Assembly (NCBI GenBank): GCA_002245135.1
Contig: NGBS01000007.1
Location: 62,001 to 126,000, forward strand
DNA length: 64,000 nt
Origin: Proteromonas lacertae
Taxonomy: Eukaryota
Direction: 5' to 3'
In this document: positions 39,745 through 53,554 of the stretch, one piece after another
How the letters are laid out: the number at the start of each line of letters is the position of its first letter
Position numbering within the stretch: position 1 is the first letter of the stretch
Made by a program: the position numbers and the translations under genes
Notes under the pieces: model-generated
Seen by the model: only the letters and a program-made list of their open reading frames with translations
Told to the model about the DNA's origin: nothing
Databases searched by the model: none

Positions 39745-40483
39745 ATGAATGATGTTGCTGTAATTATTATAGTTTTATGTTTAATAAATGTTTTAGGTGA
39801 AAATCTAAGGTTTGAATTGGGAATTAACACTGAATATAGTATAATTTATTAAATAAATGTTGTTTATAGATATTGATGGAAATCCCTATTCAATAAATGA
39901 AGATTATGATCACTTTAAAATTGATGTAAGTAATGTTACCATTGTAGAGAATTATGACAGTTATGTTTATTATGCTAAAGGAACTATCAAATTTTATACT
40001 TCAGTTCCACATGATAGATATTATTATTGTGGATTCACTAAAAATGGACCTACTAAAGATAATGTTAAAAAATTTGTTGCTCATATGAATGATACGAGTT
40101 TTAAACAGGGTACAGATGATCATTCGGTTAAATATTTCACATGTGGAGTGAAATATAATGAAAGTTTTTATTTTGAGAATATAACAATTGATAATACAGT
40201 TCACTTAGTAATGATTGGTGTAATAGTTGGAAGTTTAGTGTTAATTATTACTCTTTGTGCATCGTGCTATGGATATAATAGATCCAAGATAGCTGCAAGA
40301 AGTAGAACACCAAGTCATATTAATTCATATGCATATCAAAACCCAATATCATCAAAAGGAGTTTATGCAAATAGTGATGAAATTGTTTATACACCTATAC
40401 ACGTAGTAAATCAGAATGAAGAATTATCACTTCCTAGCAATACATCAAATAAGTTATATGCTTCATCTCAATTGACAGTGTAA
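39745..40483 (+). CDS. Type I membrane protein, unknown function
   Basis: Signal peptide, intron at about 39839-39869, single TM, Tyr-containing cytosolic tail. Confidence 0.6.
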
Positions 40484-40699
40484 AGTTGGTTAGATGAAAG
40501 TGTGTGTTGTTGTTGTTGTTGGATATTGTATAAATTGATTTTTAGATTAGAACGTAATGAATATTACGAATTTAATTTGTTTATTTGTTTATAATTTTTT
40601 AATGATAGATGAGAATAAATAGAATATAATTGATCTTATTCAAATAATTAAAAAAATAGATTCGTTACAAATATTAGTATTTTGGAATTTTCATCATAA

Positions 40700-43676
40700 A
40701 TGAATGACAATGGCTCATTTTTTGATCAAAATGCTGGTATATTTTATTATGTTTATATTTTGAAGAGTTGACAATAAAAACACAAAATCGAAGAGTTTCT
40801 TTCATAGTATCTTTATGTCTTATATTGTAGAGGAAAAGAGCAGAGTCATCTGATACTTACGAAGGTAGCTGTGTGTCGGTATTATTTTTATTTTATTAAT
40901 TTTAATTTATTATAGGATCAAGCTCACTTAGGATTTGTATTAAATCATATTTCAAACTTATTTTGCATATAGATTCCAGAAGGGCTTATAACTAATGCAT
41001 ATCAGTTTGAAGTATTAATAGTTGTAAAATTATGTTTATATAGACTACACAACCTCCTGTTACAAGTGATCACAGAAAAATATTATATATGATTGCGTTA
41101 TACACAAAATATGCAGCAGGATCACCAAATATTCAAAGAGGAAGATGGATTTCATATTATGCATTGATAGTGTTTATTTATGAAGGAATTCTGAAAGGAA
41201 TTTTCGGGGATTATGATTTTGCACCAATATCTACATGTATTGGTAAAAGAAGACTGTATTTATTCAATATGCATATATAAAATAGATTTTTAAATATTTC
41301 TCAAGAAGGAAAAGATGATTTGGAAGATTTAGTTGAAATGTATTTTATATATATTATTTTATTTTATTTTACATGTTTAGGAGATGTGCATCTGCTTTAA
41401 AAGTAAGTGTAAACGAACATCAATCAATCACTGCATTTCGTGTGAATGATGAAAAAGGAGATAATTTATTGAACGAAATAACAGACGAAGAAAAGCAACA
41501 AATTGTATATTTAGACAATGTATAATATATAGGATGAGTTAGTTTATTATAATAAAGAGTTATTACAAGTGTCATTTGATGAATTAGATGGAAAATTCAT
41601 TGTTCACAATAAAGATGGTACTTATACTTATGAAAGTTCAATAACCAATATTGAAGATGTTAGTTATGTGAGTAGTCCATATATTCCACCATCTTTAAGA
41701 AATGGAGGAAGAGAATTGAAGAGTTATGAAAATGAAGCATCTAGTTGTGCTAAATCTACAATTAAAGATGATTCTATGGATAGTATAATAATATTAAATA
41801 TTAAATAATCTATTATGAATAAATAGTTGCAATTACTTTAGATAATACAAAAGTATTAGTTGGTGAATGGATTCCATTTGGTCCAAATCAAATCATTACA
41901 TTAAATGATAAATTAGGATCATTAGAAAGAATTCAAGGTGGATTTTTTACTACCTCAAAGTCTCAACCCAATTTTACAACTTATGATGTAGATGCACCAA
42001 ACACAGAAGTAGAATTATTAGATTTTAATTATACAAAATATCTTAACTTTGAAGCCCATGTTTTAATACCAGAAGAAGGAGTTGTTCAAAATGAGAACTT
42101 AGGAGTTCATGTCCATAAAGAAGGTACAATAATATTTGGATGTAGAATTGAATCATTAATGAATAGAGTAAAAACAGGTTTACCTGTTGATTATATATCA
42201 AGATTACTGGTTGATGTGAATATTGATGGTTCAAATATTATTAATAGTTTATCAACTTATTATACAATCAAATTATTAAATACAATTTACAATGGAGATT
42301 CAATGAATAGAGCTAAGTATAACTTAATAATGGCAGAAAAAATAACACCCAAAAAGAAAGCAAGAGAATATTGTGATAAAGAAGCCTATGAGAATGAATT
42401 GAGACAAGTACTGGGTGATATTCATTATGCTTGTGATTTAGATGAAGATACTATATTTTTAGCTGGAAGTAATGGTGCTTTAATTGCTGGTACTAATTAT
42501 GAAGGATATGAACCATATTTAGTGTCATTGTTGAGATTAGAAGCAGTTGAATTGACAGTACATCAATTCTTTGGTTCTACTTATATATTGAATGATTGTT
42601 TCAGTGATATTAGATCACATATTGAATCACATGAAAAAGATCCAAATGTATAGTCATATATATATATATATATTTAATGAATAATAGAGTATAAGTACGA
42701 TTAGAAACTTGTTAAATGATTGTAGTTCAAAAGTTGCACTTATTCAAGAAGTTCATAAAAGATTATTATTTACTCTCAATACAATGATAATGACTATTGA
42801 TGTATATATATTTCTATATTTTTCATTAATAGGATTCTGAATGGTGTGAGCGTATTATGAAAACATTCAATTTAGAAGAAATGCAACAAGAATTATTGGA
42901 AAGAATCAATGATTTAAAAGATAAAATGCAACAATTTGATCACTGAATTAGGCGAATTAAGAGCAATGGCTGATGTAATATCAGAAACTCAATCATTCAA
43001 GTTACAAGAGATAGTTGGATCAAATACTAAAAATCTTGAAGATATGTTTAGAAGCAATGAAAGAACGAGTTCCTCATTAGAGATAATGAATGTAATTATG
43101 TCTGGTACTTTAGCCTTTGAATTATTAGATCAATGTATTGGTGGTTGGTCAGCTTTAGATACAGATTGGGGTAAGAAAATGTTCAGTGGAATTTTAGAAA
43201 TACCAGGAGGATGGTTTTTATTAAACTGTTTGTTATGGGGTGTTATTGCTTATGTATTAGTTATATTTATGAGAACATTGGAAAATAAAAGCAGTTCTGT
43301 TATTACATTCAGATATAGAGTTAATTTAATGATTAATTTAGATGCTTTTAATACATATTTGTCTCATAAAACAATTGGTGAAGAAGATGTTGATTTGGAT
43401 CCAAAATCACAAGTTCGTAAAGTGGCTTGGGATGAGGATGATGATGTGAAATGGAATGGCTGTCCACCACATCTTGAAGTATCTTACGATCAAATGAATC
43501 ACTTCTTGTTAACTGTATTCTTCCAAGTTAACAAGAATAATACAACTGTTAAAGAAGAAAAATTGAAAGAGATATTCTTAAAAGATTTAGAAGATAATCA
43601 TGTTTTTTATAAGAAGATTGAACATAGAAAAGCATTGATATCAATGGCATCAGCATCTGAAATGGGATTGAATTAA
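40700..43676 (+). CDS. Uncharacterised multi-exon membrane protein: N-terminal globular region, long helical stalk, 2 TM helices (CorA-like layout)
   Basis: Continuous spliced frame through about 10 introns; RWISYYALIVFIYEGI...DYDFAP; SSLEIMNVIMSGTLAFE and GGWFLLNCLLW TM segments; +1 break at about 42935. Confidence 0.55.
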
Positions 43677-43790
43677 GATTATTATAATATTTGGTCTTTA
43701 TTTTGGTATATTTTTTGTTATTGATATTTTTTTTCAAAATACATTTACAAACATTTGTCAAGTTTCAACATTTGATTCTTCTTCGTTTTT

Positions 43791-44523
43791 ATGGCTTCAG
43801 TTGGTGAATCATACAAGAAAGTTAAAGATAGAGTTATTGAAGTAGCCAATGAATGTAATAAACCTGTTGTATGTTTAATTAAATAACTTGTAGCCAACTT
43901 TAGTTGCTGTTAGTAAAACAAAGCCTGCTGAAATGGTAAAAGAAGTATATGACTTAGGTCAAAGAGATTTTGGTGAAAATTATGTTAGAGAACTTTGTGA
44001 AAAATATCCAGTATTACCAGAAGATATTAAATGGCATATGATTGGTCATTTACAATCCAACAAATGTAAGCCACTAATTGAAACATGTAAGAACCTGTAT
44101 ATGGTAGAGAGTGTCGATTCAATAAAATTGGCTGATAAATTGAACAAAGTATGTGAAGAACATAGAAAAGATTCACCATTAAATATATTAGTACAAGTAA
44201 ATACTAGCAACGAACCACAGAAGTCAGGTTGTGATGAAATTGAAGTAAAAGCAATTGTTGAACATGTTATAAACAGTTGTCCACACTTAAAATTCTGTGG
44301 ATTAATGACAATAGGTGAATATGATGTAGTTGCTGATGTTTTCTTTGAGAAATTAGCAGAAATAAAGAATAAGTTAGTGGAAGAGTTACATTTAACTGAG
44401 CCACTAATATTGAGTATGGGAATGTCTGCTGATTGGGAAAATGCTATAAAATATGGAAGTAATAATATTAGAGTTGGATCTGCAATATTTGGTGCTAGGG
44501 ATTATTCTAAAATGCATGAATGA
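43791..44523 (+). CDS. PLPBP: PLP homeostasis protein (YggS/PROSC)
   Basis: LVAVSKTKP, FGENYV, WHMIGHLQSNK, GLMTIG, LSMGMS, VRVGS-like IRVGSAIFG. Confidence 0.95.
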
Positions 44524-44670
44524 TAAATAATTATAATTTTGCTTATTTTTATAACAATTATTTTTATGTAATTCAAATTATTAATAATAATCCCTTAAAA
44601 ATAGCAATATAATATATATATGATAATTAAAATATAATGATTCATATAAAGAAAATAATAATATAAGTAA

Positions 44671-47600
44671 TTATGGTAAATACCTAATGTATTTGAATGA
44701 GAAATAAACTGCTATTCTAGTAACAACAATATATATCAACAATCCCATCGCATATAACCATCTTTCATCAAAATGTAAGTCCATTACTTTGTCTAAATAC
44801 ATATTAATATGCATTTCAAATCCATTCACTAATCTAATCTTTGTACAATCTAATCCTTTATCACAATGAATTTGTGTTGTCATAACAGAATTGAAGAAGA
44901 AACTGACAGGATTTATATAATTCAAACCTTGGAAAAATTCCAATAAATCCTTATTAGGGATAATAAATCCAGTAATACAATTCATTAACAACAAAAACGC
45001 CATTGTAACAAACAAAGAAATTTGTAAATTTGGAGCAGTAAAAGCAATCCATTGTCCAAAGAAGGAACTAAACATCAGTAAAGCAAAGTATAACAATAAG
45101 AAATGAGATACTTTATCACTATCTGATGAATATCCAACCATTGGATAGATAGTGCAAGTACTTAATAAACAACATAATATAGAATATGGAATTTCACTGA
45201 TTGTAAATGCAACTAATACACCAAATGGTGATGTTAAATGTTTATCCATATCTCTATAAATAGAGTTTCTTTCTGATATTAATGCTGGTAAAGCAGCTAC
45301 AGCAGAGAATACACTAATAAACAATGAACAGGAGAATAAAGAAGCCATATAGGATTGTACACCACCGATTGTATTTGGTGTTGTTTGATAGTATACTCCT
45401 CCTAATATTACACTGATTAAGATTGTTACAGCAATTCGAGATAATGTATAAGAACTACATCTCCAATAGAACTTTGAGCTATTTAATAATAATAATAATA
45501 ATGAATACATTTTCTTAGTATAATAATAAGATCTAGTAAATATTGAAGCTGTATATTTTGGAAATTCCAATTTTGATTTCTTTTTACCTTCTTCTTCTAA
45601 TTGTTGAATTGTTTCTATATTTTTCTTTCTTAATTCACTCTTCTCATAATTCTCAGCATAACTCTTAAACTCTACACTTGTACCAGCTCCAGTTACTTCT
45701 AATATCCAACTAGCAGGGTTTTGACCTTCTTGTAACTTGGGAATTCCTTCAATTTGATGGAAATAATTCACTAATTTTTCACCATTCATTCCTGTATCAC
45801 CTAAATAAACAGTCTTACCACCACTTTCTAATAACAAAATATTACTAAATAATTGAAATATTTCAAAAGATGGTTGATGGAATTGTACAAACTACACATT
45901 TTCCATATTCAGCAATTCTGTTCAATACTTTTACTACCATCAATGCACTTTTACTATCTAAACCTGTAGTTGGCTCATCTAAGAATAATATTGCTGGATC
46001 TGCTACTAGCTCAATACCTGTCATTATCAATTTACGAATTGCCATTGAAATACCACTTCCTGGATTACCAATAATTATCTTACGATAATCTTCTAATGAT
46101 AATACTTTTACTACTTCATCTACTTTCTTATTAATATCTTCATTACTCAATTTTGAACTTAATCTCAATCTTGCATTGAAAAACAATACTTCTTCAACAG
46201 TTTCTTTAGTTGGTAAATTATCAGCTTGTTCAACATAACCTAATACATGACTTTGTGTATTTAATGACAATTTTTGTCCATTGAATAATATATCACCTGT
46301 TACTTTTGTCTTTGTGGATGTATGTGATAATGCATCTAATAATGTACTTTTACCAGCACCACTTGCTCCCATTAAAGCTGTTAATGTACCTGATTTTGCA
46401 TATCCACTAATATTATATAATAATTGTTTCTTTTTCTTTTGAAATCCATTGTTTACATAGACATTGATATTTTTAAAGGTTAATGAAACACTTTCTTTAT
46501 CTTTTTGATTGATTGGAATTCTTTCATTTTCATCTACTTCAATTTCTTGTTCTTCAGCTATGACTGAGTAATCCGCTTTATATTTTCTTAAATATAACAC
46601 AACAGCTGTTAAAAATGTAACTATTCAAATAAATAAACAAATAACAATATATATATATAATACATATAAAATGCATTGCAACTAATACAACAAACCATTT
46701 CCACATATCTTTATCATCAGTTGGAAATGATAAAGTGGCTAAATTAGCAGGACCGTTCTCATAATCACCACTTAAGAACTCATTAACTGCCATAATCTTA
46801 TGACCATAACTAACAGGATTAATATAATAAATCCATCTAAATACCCAAGGTATAGCATCATAAGGAACAGAAAATCCAGTAAATAAAGTCAATATAAACA
46901 CCATAAATGGTAAACTAGCCAATGCAACAAATTCACTAGGAATCCCAAACATTAATAATCGAATAAGAGGAGTAATAGCAAAAGAAGTCATAATTGCCGC
47001 TAATGTGAAAATACCAAAGTGTTTATAATTATCTGAACGTGATAATTTAGAGATGAAATAAAGTGGAGTTCCACCAACAATTGGTTGTATTAACATATTA
47101 GGCCATTCAACTACCATCGTTGATAATACAAAGGTTGGAATGGAGAAATATTTACCAGTTATTTGTTTAGCTAAAACTCTTCGTTGTTCTAAGATAGTAC
47201 CAAACTCAGCAACAGGTCCAAATAATAACAGAATTAATACAAATTCAAATACACCAAATATACTTAACTTATTTCAATAGAAGATATGTCATAAAACACA
47301 TAACCTAAGAAAACACTTGCAATTAAATAACCTACTAGTATACCAGTAACATAGAGTTTATCTCTTATTAATAACTTGAATTGTCTTTGGAATATATATC
47401 TTAACATTGATAATTGTGATAATGAATAATTGGAAGTATATACTTGACCATTTATACTTGATTCAAGTGGTTCTGATTTGTTATTATTACATTCTTTTAT
47501 ATATTCTTCAACTTCTTTATGTTCTTTTGAGTTGAGATAATGTTTGATTAATTCCTCTTTCTTTATTAATTGAGAATTATTATCTGATTGTTGTGGTTTT

Positions 47601-48793
47601 GTTGATTCTACTGGTTGAACTTCATCTTCTTTTGTTTTCTTATTTTCATTATCATTTTCATTTTCACCATTTGTTATTGATGATAATTTATGATGTAATT
47701 CATCTTCAATTTTCATTTTCTATTTAATAAATAATATTTTTTAATAATTATATATTCATACTCTAATTATTTCTTTTCTATAACCTTCATTACCAATATT
47801 ACTAAGAAAACTACCAACATCTGAATTACCAGTGATTCTATATCCCAAATTATTAAAATACAACATTGATGTCTTAGGATTACCACAATAAATTACACTT
47901 CCTTCTTCTAACACTATCAATTGGTCAAAATATGGTATAATCTCAGGATCTGGTTGAATCATTGCAGTAATAACAATATTGTTCATTTCCTTTGCATAAC
48001 TAGTCAGGAATTTTGTTATATCTTTTGTTATTGCACTATCTAAACCTGTACTGAATTTATCTAATAATAATATCTTGTGAAAACCTAATAACATTTCACC
48101 AACTGTAACTCTTCGCTTTTCACCACCACTACATCCTTTTACGAGTAATCCACCTAAATATGTGTTTTCACAGTTCTTTAATCCTAATACGTCTAATAAT
48201 TCATTTACTTTGTTATTTAGATCAGTATTACTCACTCCTGTCTTCTTACTCTTGTGGAATGACTCATTTCCAAATTGCAACATTTTAGAAAATTCTAAAG
48301 TCTCTTTTGCTGTTAATAATGCATTGTGATAATCATATTGACTACAGTAAGAAGCAACTCTTTTCCAATTCTTATACTCTGTGATTTTCTTACCATTGTA
48401 TATAATATTACCTGATAAATATTTTTTGTCTAAATTGTCGTAAATTGCGTTTAATAATGATGTTGAACCACATCCTGGAGCTCCAACAATAATTGTTGAG
48501 GTTCCTGAGGGAAAACATAAGTTTAAATTATTTAGTACGTGTTTTGTCTTCTTTTTCAACTTTCCAGTCATATATTTCAAACCAATTATTAAATCTGTAA
48601 CTATTGTTGAAATATGCGTTTGATCTATATCTAATATATCATTTATCGTATAGGAGAAATTTGATAAAACAAGATGTCTTTTATCTGTAGAAACCAAAGA
48701 AGATGTTGATTTGGGTAAGTTAGAAGATGCAAGATTAACAGGAACTGTAACTTGCGATAAGTTTTCTTCTGTGAGTTCTACTTCTTTGCTCAT
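44671..48793 (-). CDS. Full-size PDR-type ABCG transporter (NBD-TMD-NBD-TMD); two single-base frame breaks
   Basis: CSGGEKRRVT; LTALMGASGAGKSTLLD; FLDEPTTGLDS; breaks at 47272-47274 and 45879-45880. Confidence 0.9.
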
Positions 48794-49173
48794 AAAGAAA
48801 TGAAGGTTATAGAGATAATGAAGAAAAATTAAAATGAGCAACCAAGCCTATAGTTTGAATAATGTTGATTTTCATTTTTTAAAAATATTTCTCAACCTTA
48901 AATATATAAGTAAAAAATAATAAAATGAACTTGCTGAATGATGATAAAATCGATAAACATAATACTGTTGCATTTTAAACACGCTGTAAATTGGATTTTA
49001 AATCAAATCCATCATAAAAGAATAGTAAAAACATCAGTAATAGAAATTATGTTAATGTATTATATTTCTCAGTTAATATGTGTTTATATTCATTATTAAA
49101 TTGTTTCAAAATAATATTCGTTTCAGTCATTCGTTTTATTTTTTTAGTGTAATTTATGAATATTGATTAGAAT

Positions 49174-50091
49174 ATGTTTTGTTGTTGTTATGGTAAATGT
49201 ATTCTTTAATTGTTATTATATTCATTTAGCTAAGAAACGAAAACCATCAATTTATCAAATCTATCCTGACACAATCGATGATACACATCCATCAGTTGTA
49301 GCAGCTACAGTGCAAAATAGTAATACTCCACAGAGACCAATTTTTCAATCACTCAATACAGAAACTAAAAATTCTGCTCATACAGTCACTCCAACAAACG
49401 CATCGCTTCAGCATCACAAAGTTTTTAATTCTGATTTAAAACCAGTTACAGACTCATTACAAAGATTACAACAAAATTCAGACTTAACTCAAGGAACATA
49501 TGATTCATGGAGTACTTCCTACTACAGGAGATGCGCCATTACAATATCAAGGCACAAGATCTTCTGCAGTTGTACCTAGGTTGAGATTCTCAAAAGCAGG
49601 ACAAGGCTATCAATCAGATGATTCAACAGTTGAAAAATACATCATGGCTCCTAAAGGAGGAGGAGGATATCGATCAGTTCGAGCTACATCGGTATTAAAT
49701 CCACAACCTGTATATAGAGAAGAAAGGAGGATAGGTAAGAAAGAGAAAGAAGAAGCTGAATATATCAGCACATTAACTAGAAAAGACACATTCAGTAATT
49801 TTGATTTAGATCCAATTGTTATCACTTTTAGAAACATGTCAAAATCAGTTCAGAAAAGTGGCAATATTTCTGATATTGTAGCGAGAAGAGCTTCTAAACA
49901 GAAAGCGCCTAAGAGGGAATCGAAAGCACTGTTTGAAGCGTTAGTAGCTAGAGGTCCTGATGATGTAGCGCCAATGAAGACTAGTAGAGACGTTGTGGTT
50001 TATACGGTATTTATATTTATTGATTATATATTGATTATAGTCAAGAAATCCAAAACCCCCTACACCACCACCAACAACAACAACAAAGTAA
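49174..50091 (+). CDS. Hypothetical protein with N-terminal MFCCC (possible palmitoylation); +1 break at about 49486-49580
   Basis: ATG TTT TGT TGT TGT TAT G|intron|CT AAG; two overlapping ORFs. Confidence 0.5.
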
Positions 50092-50555
50092 GTGTTTTTA
50101 TAAGATATTTTCACAGCTTCTTTTAGTTTTACTTTATATGTAAATCCTTTAATCGTTGAGTTTATTTATATAGTTAATAGTAATATGTTGTGTGTTTTTT
50201 TGTGGTTATTAAAAAAGATTTAATATTTGCGAATCTTTTGCAAAGATAATAACATCAATGTCATCGAATTATAGCTAATGAAAGATATTAATAGTTCAAA
50301 CAATTACAACTATACTTTCAAAAATGGATGTTTGAATATTATTTAAATGTTTCAATGTGACACTTAAGTAATTTATGAAATGGATTGTATAATATATGTC
50401 TTAACATTAACTTCTTTATTCAAAACTAAACAAAGTCAAAACAAAAAAAAAAGAAACAGAAATATTTTTCATTCATTTTTTCTATTTGATATAACAGTTA
50501 TTTTTAACCCCCATAAACAACTCAAAACAAATATTTTGATTTTTTAAAGGGATTT

Positions 50556-52146
50556 ATGAAGAAGAATATTCTAATACTATGTCTGTTTATACTGTCGTAT
50601 GAATATCTATGTAATTTACTTAATAGATTTCAATTCAAAGCTAGTTATTGTTCTAATACAAACTATCCTAAGCCTACAAAGAACAGTGAATATGCATATG
50701 CATCTATATATTATAATAACGCTACACCTTATACTGGTTTGAAGCTAGGGCCTAAAAGTGCTAATCCAATCCATTAAGGATTCAAATACAACAGCTGATA
50801 TTATAGTAATTGTATCTCCAAACACTTCTTCATCAGAAATGTACAAATTTGAAGAAATGGGATGTATTGTTAAGGAAATGGACTTTCCTGATCCGTTTTC
50901 ATCATCAGGTGAAATTAATAGTAGTGTTGAATTTCAGAGACTATTAAATAGGTTAGTAGTATGGGAATTAACACAATATAAACGTATAATCTACATTGAA
51001 CCTTCCACTATTTTATTACGTAACATGGATCATTTATTTACATGTGGATATTTCTGTGCTGTAGATACACAACCTATGGTATATATTATATATTATATAT
51101 ATAATCATTTTTATAGATGCATGTAAATGATTTATTTGTTATAAGTCCTGGACATAATCAGACATATCAGTTAGTGAAATCAGCAATACAAGATGCTTCT
51201 GATATGTATAAAAAACACTACAAGTATATTTATTTTATAATTTAATAAATCTATAATCATAATTAGTTTTGGTTATGTTCCTAAGCTATGGGAATTAATA
51301 GAAGAATCACCACTCTTCCATCCTGAAGAGAAACTCGATCATTTACCACTCTTCCAAAGACTACCAACAACTTACAATCTTAATCATATGTATTACTATG
51401 AAAAAGGCAATTGGGATTTATATTCATGTAATTTCGTTGTAGATAAATCAGATACAATCTCCTATCCAGGATATTCATTAACTTACGCATATAGAGTTGT
51501 TCCATTTTCACAGCCTTGGTTATGGTTCAGCTATGGATATTTCTTCAAATTAAATCACATTTGGCAAAGAACAAGAAATGCAGTTTCTTATGACAATACC
51601 AATTTATTATTCATTTATAGAGTTCCATTAGCGTTTATATTACTACTACCACTTATCTATTTTAGAAGATTGTTATACCATAATCCATTCACTCCAAAGT
51701 TTGAACCTTTATATGATTTTATTGAATGGGTTGGTGATAATGAAGGTTTATGGTTTTTATTATCACTATTTGCACTGATTGTTATATATAGTATAGCGTT
51801 TTTATTAGTACCAATGATGTCTAGTCCATTAACAGGATGGATATTTTTTATAACTGTGGCTAATTCAATGCTGTATTTATTATGTTCAATATTGTCATTA
51901 ACAAGGCCTAAATTGTATAATGAACCTGTTTCTAATCATTTTATTACTTTTATTGTGATATCTATAACAGTAGTTGTAATTCAGATGATTAGAGTGTGTT
52001 TCTTTAGTGATGAATCAATACCATTTTCTGTGGTGATTTTAGTTACTTATATATTGTCTCAGATTAGAGCAATACCTGTGGCTGTGTTAGGGCATGCTGG
52101 AATTCAACAGAAAAGAAGATTAAGTTATGAACCATTGCCTCATTAG
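50556..52146 (+). CDS. GT8 glycosyltransferase-like (PGSIP7/8-type) with C-terminal multi-TM domain; +1 break at about 50748-50757
   Basis: YAYASI..., VLIQSIK, LVVWELTQYKRIIY, NMDHLFTCGYFCAV, PLFHP, QPWLW. Confidence 0.75.
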
Positions 52147-52307
52147 TAAAATAGACAGTTATAATTTTTTTAATTATTTAAGTAAATTTAACTCATGTAT
52201 TTGCTTTTTTATGTGGTGTATTAATAAATTTTAAATTTTGAGGGAATTTTGTGAATGAAAACTTTTTTTCATAAACCTATTAATATTTATTCTTCATTTT
52301 TCTGCTA

Positions 52308-53258
52308 ATGCTGCCAACAGATAAAGGTGAAAATATGATCACATCATTTAAATGGATTATAAGATTTTTAAGCAGTACTATTTCCACATTATATAGTTGG
52401 ATTGTGGATCTCTTCTCTTGGTGCATTACAGGCAAAACTGCACTTGAAAGAATATTACTAGATGGAGATTTTGATTATAAAATGACTATAAATGTGAGAA
52501 ATCTATTGCTGAATCAGTCAAGATATGCAAAACAGGTGCAATTATTGAAACAACCATCAAGATTGCCAATTGAAGAATTTTGTGCATCGTTAGTACAACT
52601 TGATAACATCAAAACACCAATGTATATTAATAGAGTGATAATTTAATTGAATAGAGCTGTTTCAAATTTGAGAAATTGTTCATTGCAATTAGAAAATACC
52701 AATATTTGTTTAGAATGCTTATTTAAAAGGAAGAAAATATCATATGATCAAAATAATGCAGATCATGAGAAATTATTAATATCTCTTTGGAATGCATTAG
52801 AAGCAGTTCCGTTGGATAATAGAATATCATCAGAATGGAAGAGATTAGGGTTTCAAAGTGAAAATCCAGCAACTGATTTCAGAGGAATGGGTATATTAGG
52901 ATTAGAGAATTTATTGCATTTTTCAAACCATGAAAATAACAGTGCAAAAGATATTGTTGCTTATGGAAGTGATGCAATTGGTTATCCATTCGCAATTACT
53001 GGAATCAACATTACCAGTTTGTTATTAGATTTAATAAAAGATAGATTTTGTGATGATTTGTTTATTAGAATTCCAGATGAAGAGAAAGAGATAGAAGATG
53101 TTTATTTTAATATTTTGAATGAATTGTATAATAGAACTTATATAAGATTCCATCAGTTTTATTTGAATGCTGAAAAAGAGACTTTATGTGATTTTCCAAG
53201 AATATTTGGAGAATTTGAAGAGGTTATTAGAAAAGATTCCTATTTTGGAAGATTATAA
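52308..53258 (+). CDS. ELMO-domain protein (ELMOD, ARF/ARL GAP family)
   Basis: WKRLGFQSENPATDFRGMGILGLENL, YPFAITGINIT. Confidence 0.9.
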
Positions 53259-53554
53259 ATTATTTTTATATTATTTATCTCTTTATTTTCTATTGTATTA
53301 TTGTATATTAACAATTTTTAAATAAATTATCCAGTATTTTTGTGAAATATGTCTTTTATTTCGTTATTTTATCAATTATATCACAATCTTTCACATAATT
53401 CGATAACACTCGGTTGTTAAATAAATCTATACAACTCAGATATAAACGAATACAACACTTATATAAAGACAAACAGAAATAATTTAACAATAATTTCAAT
53501 AATTTTAAGCTTAGAATTTAAATAGTTGTTTTTTTGCCTTCTGGATCTTTACGT

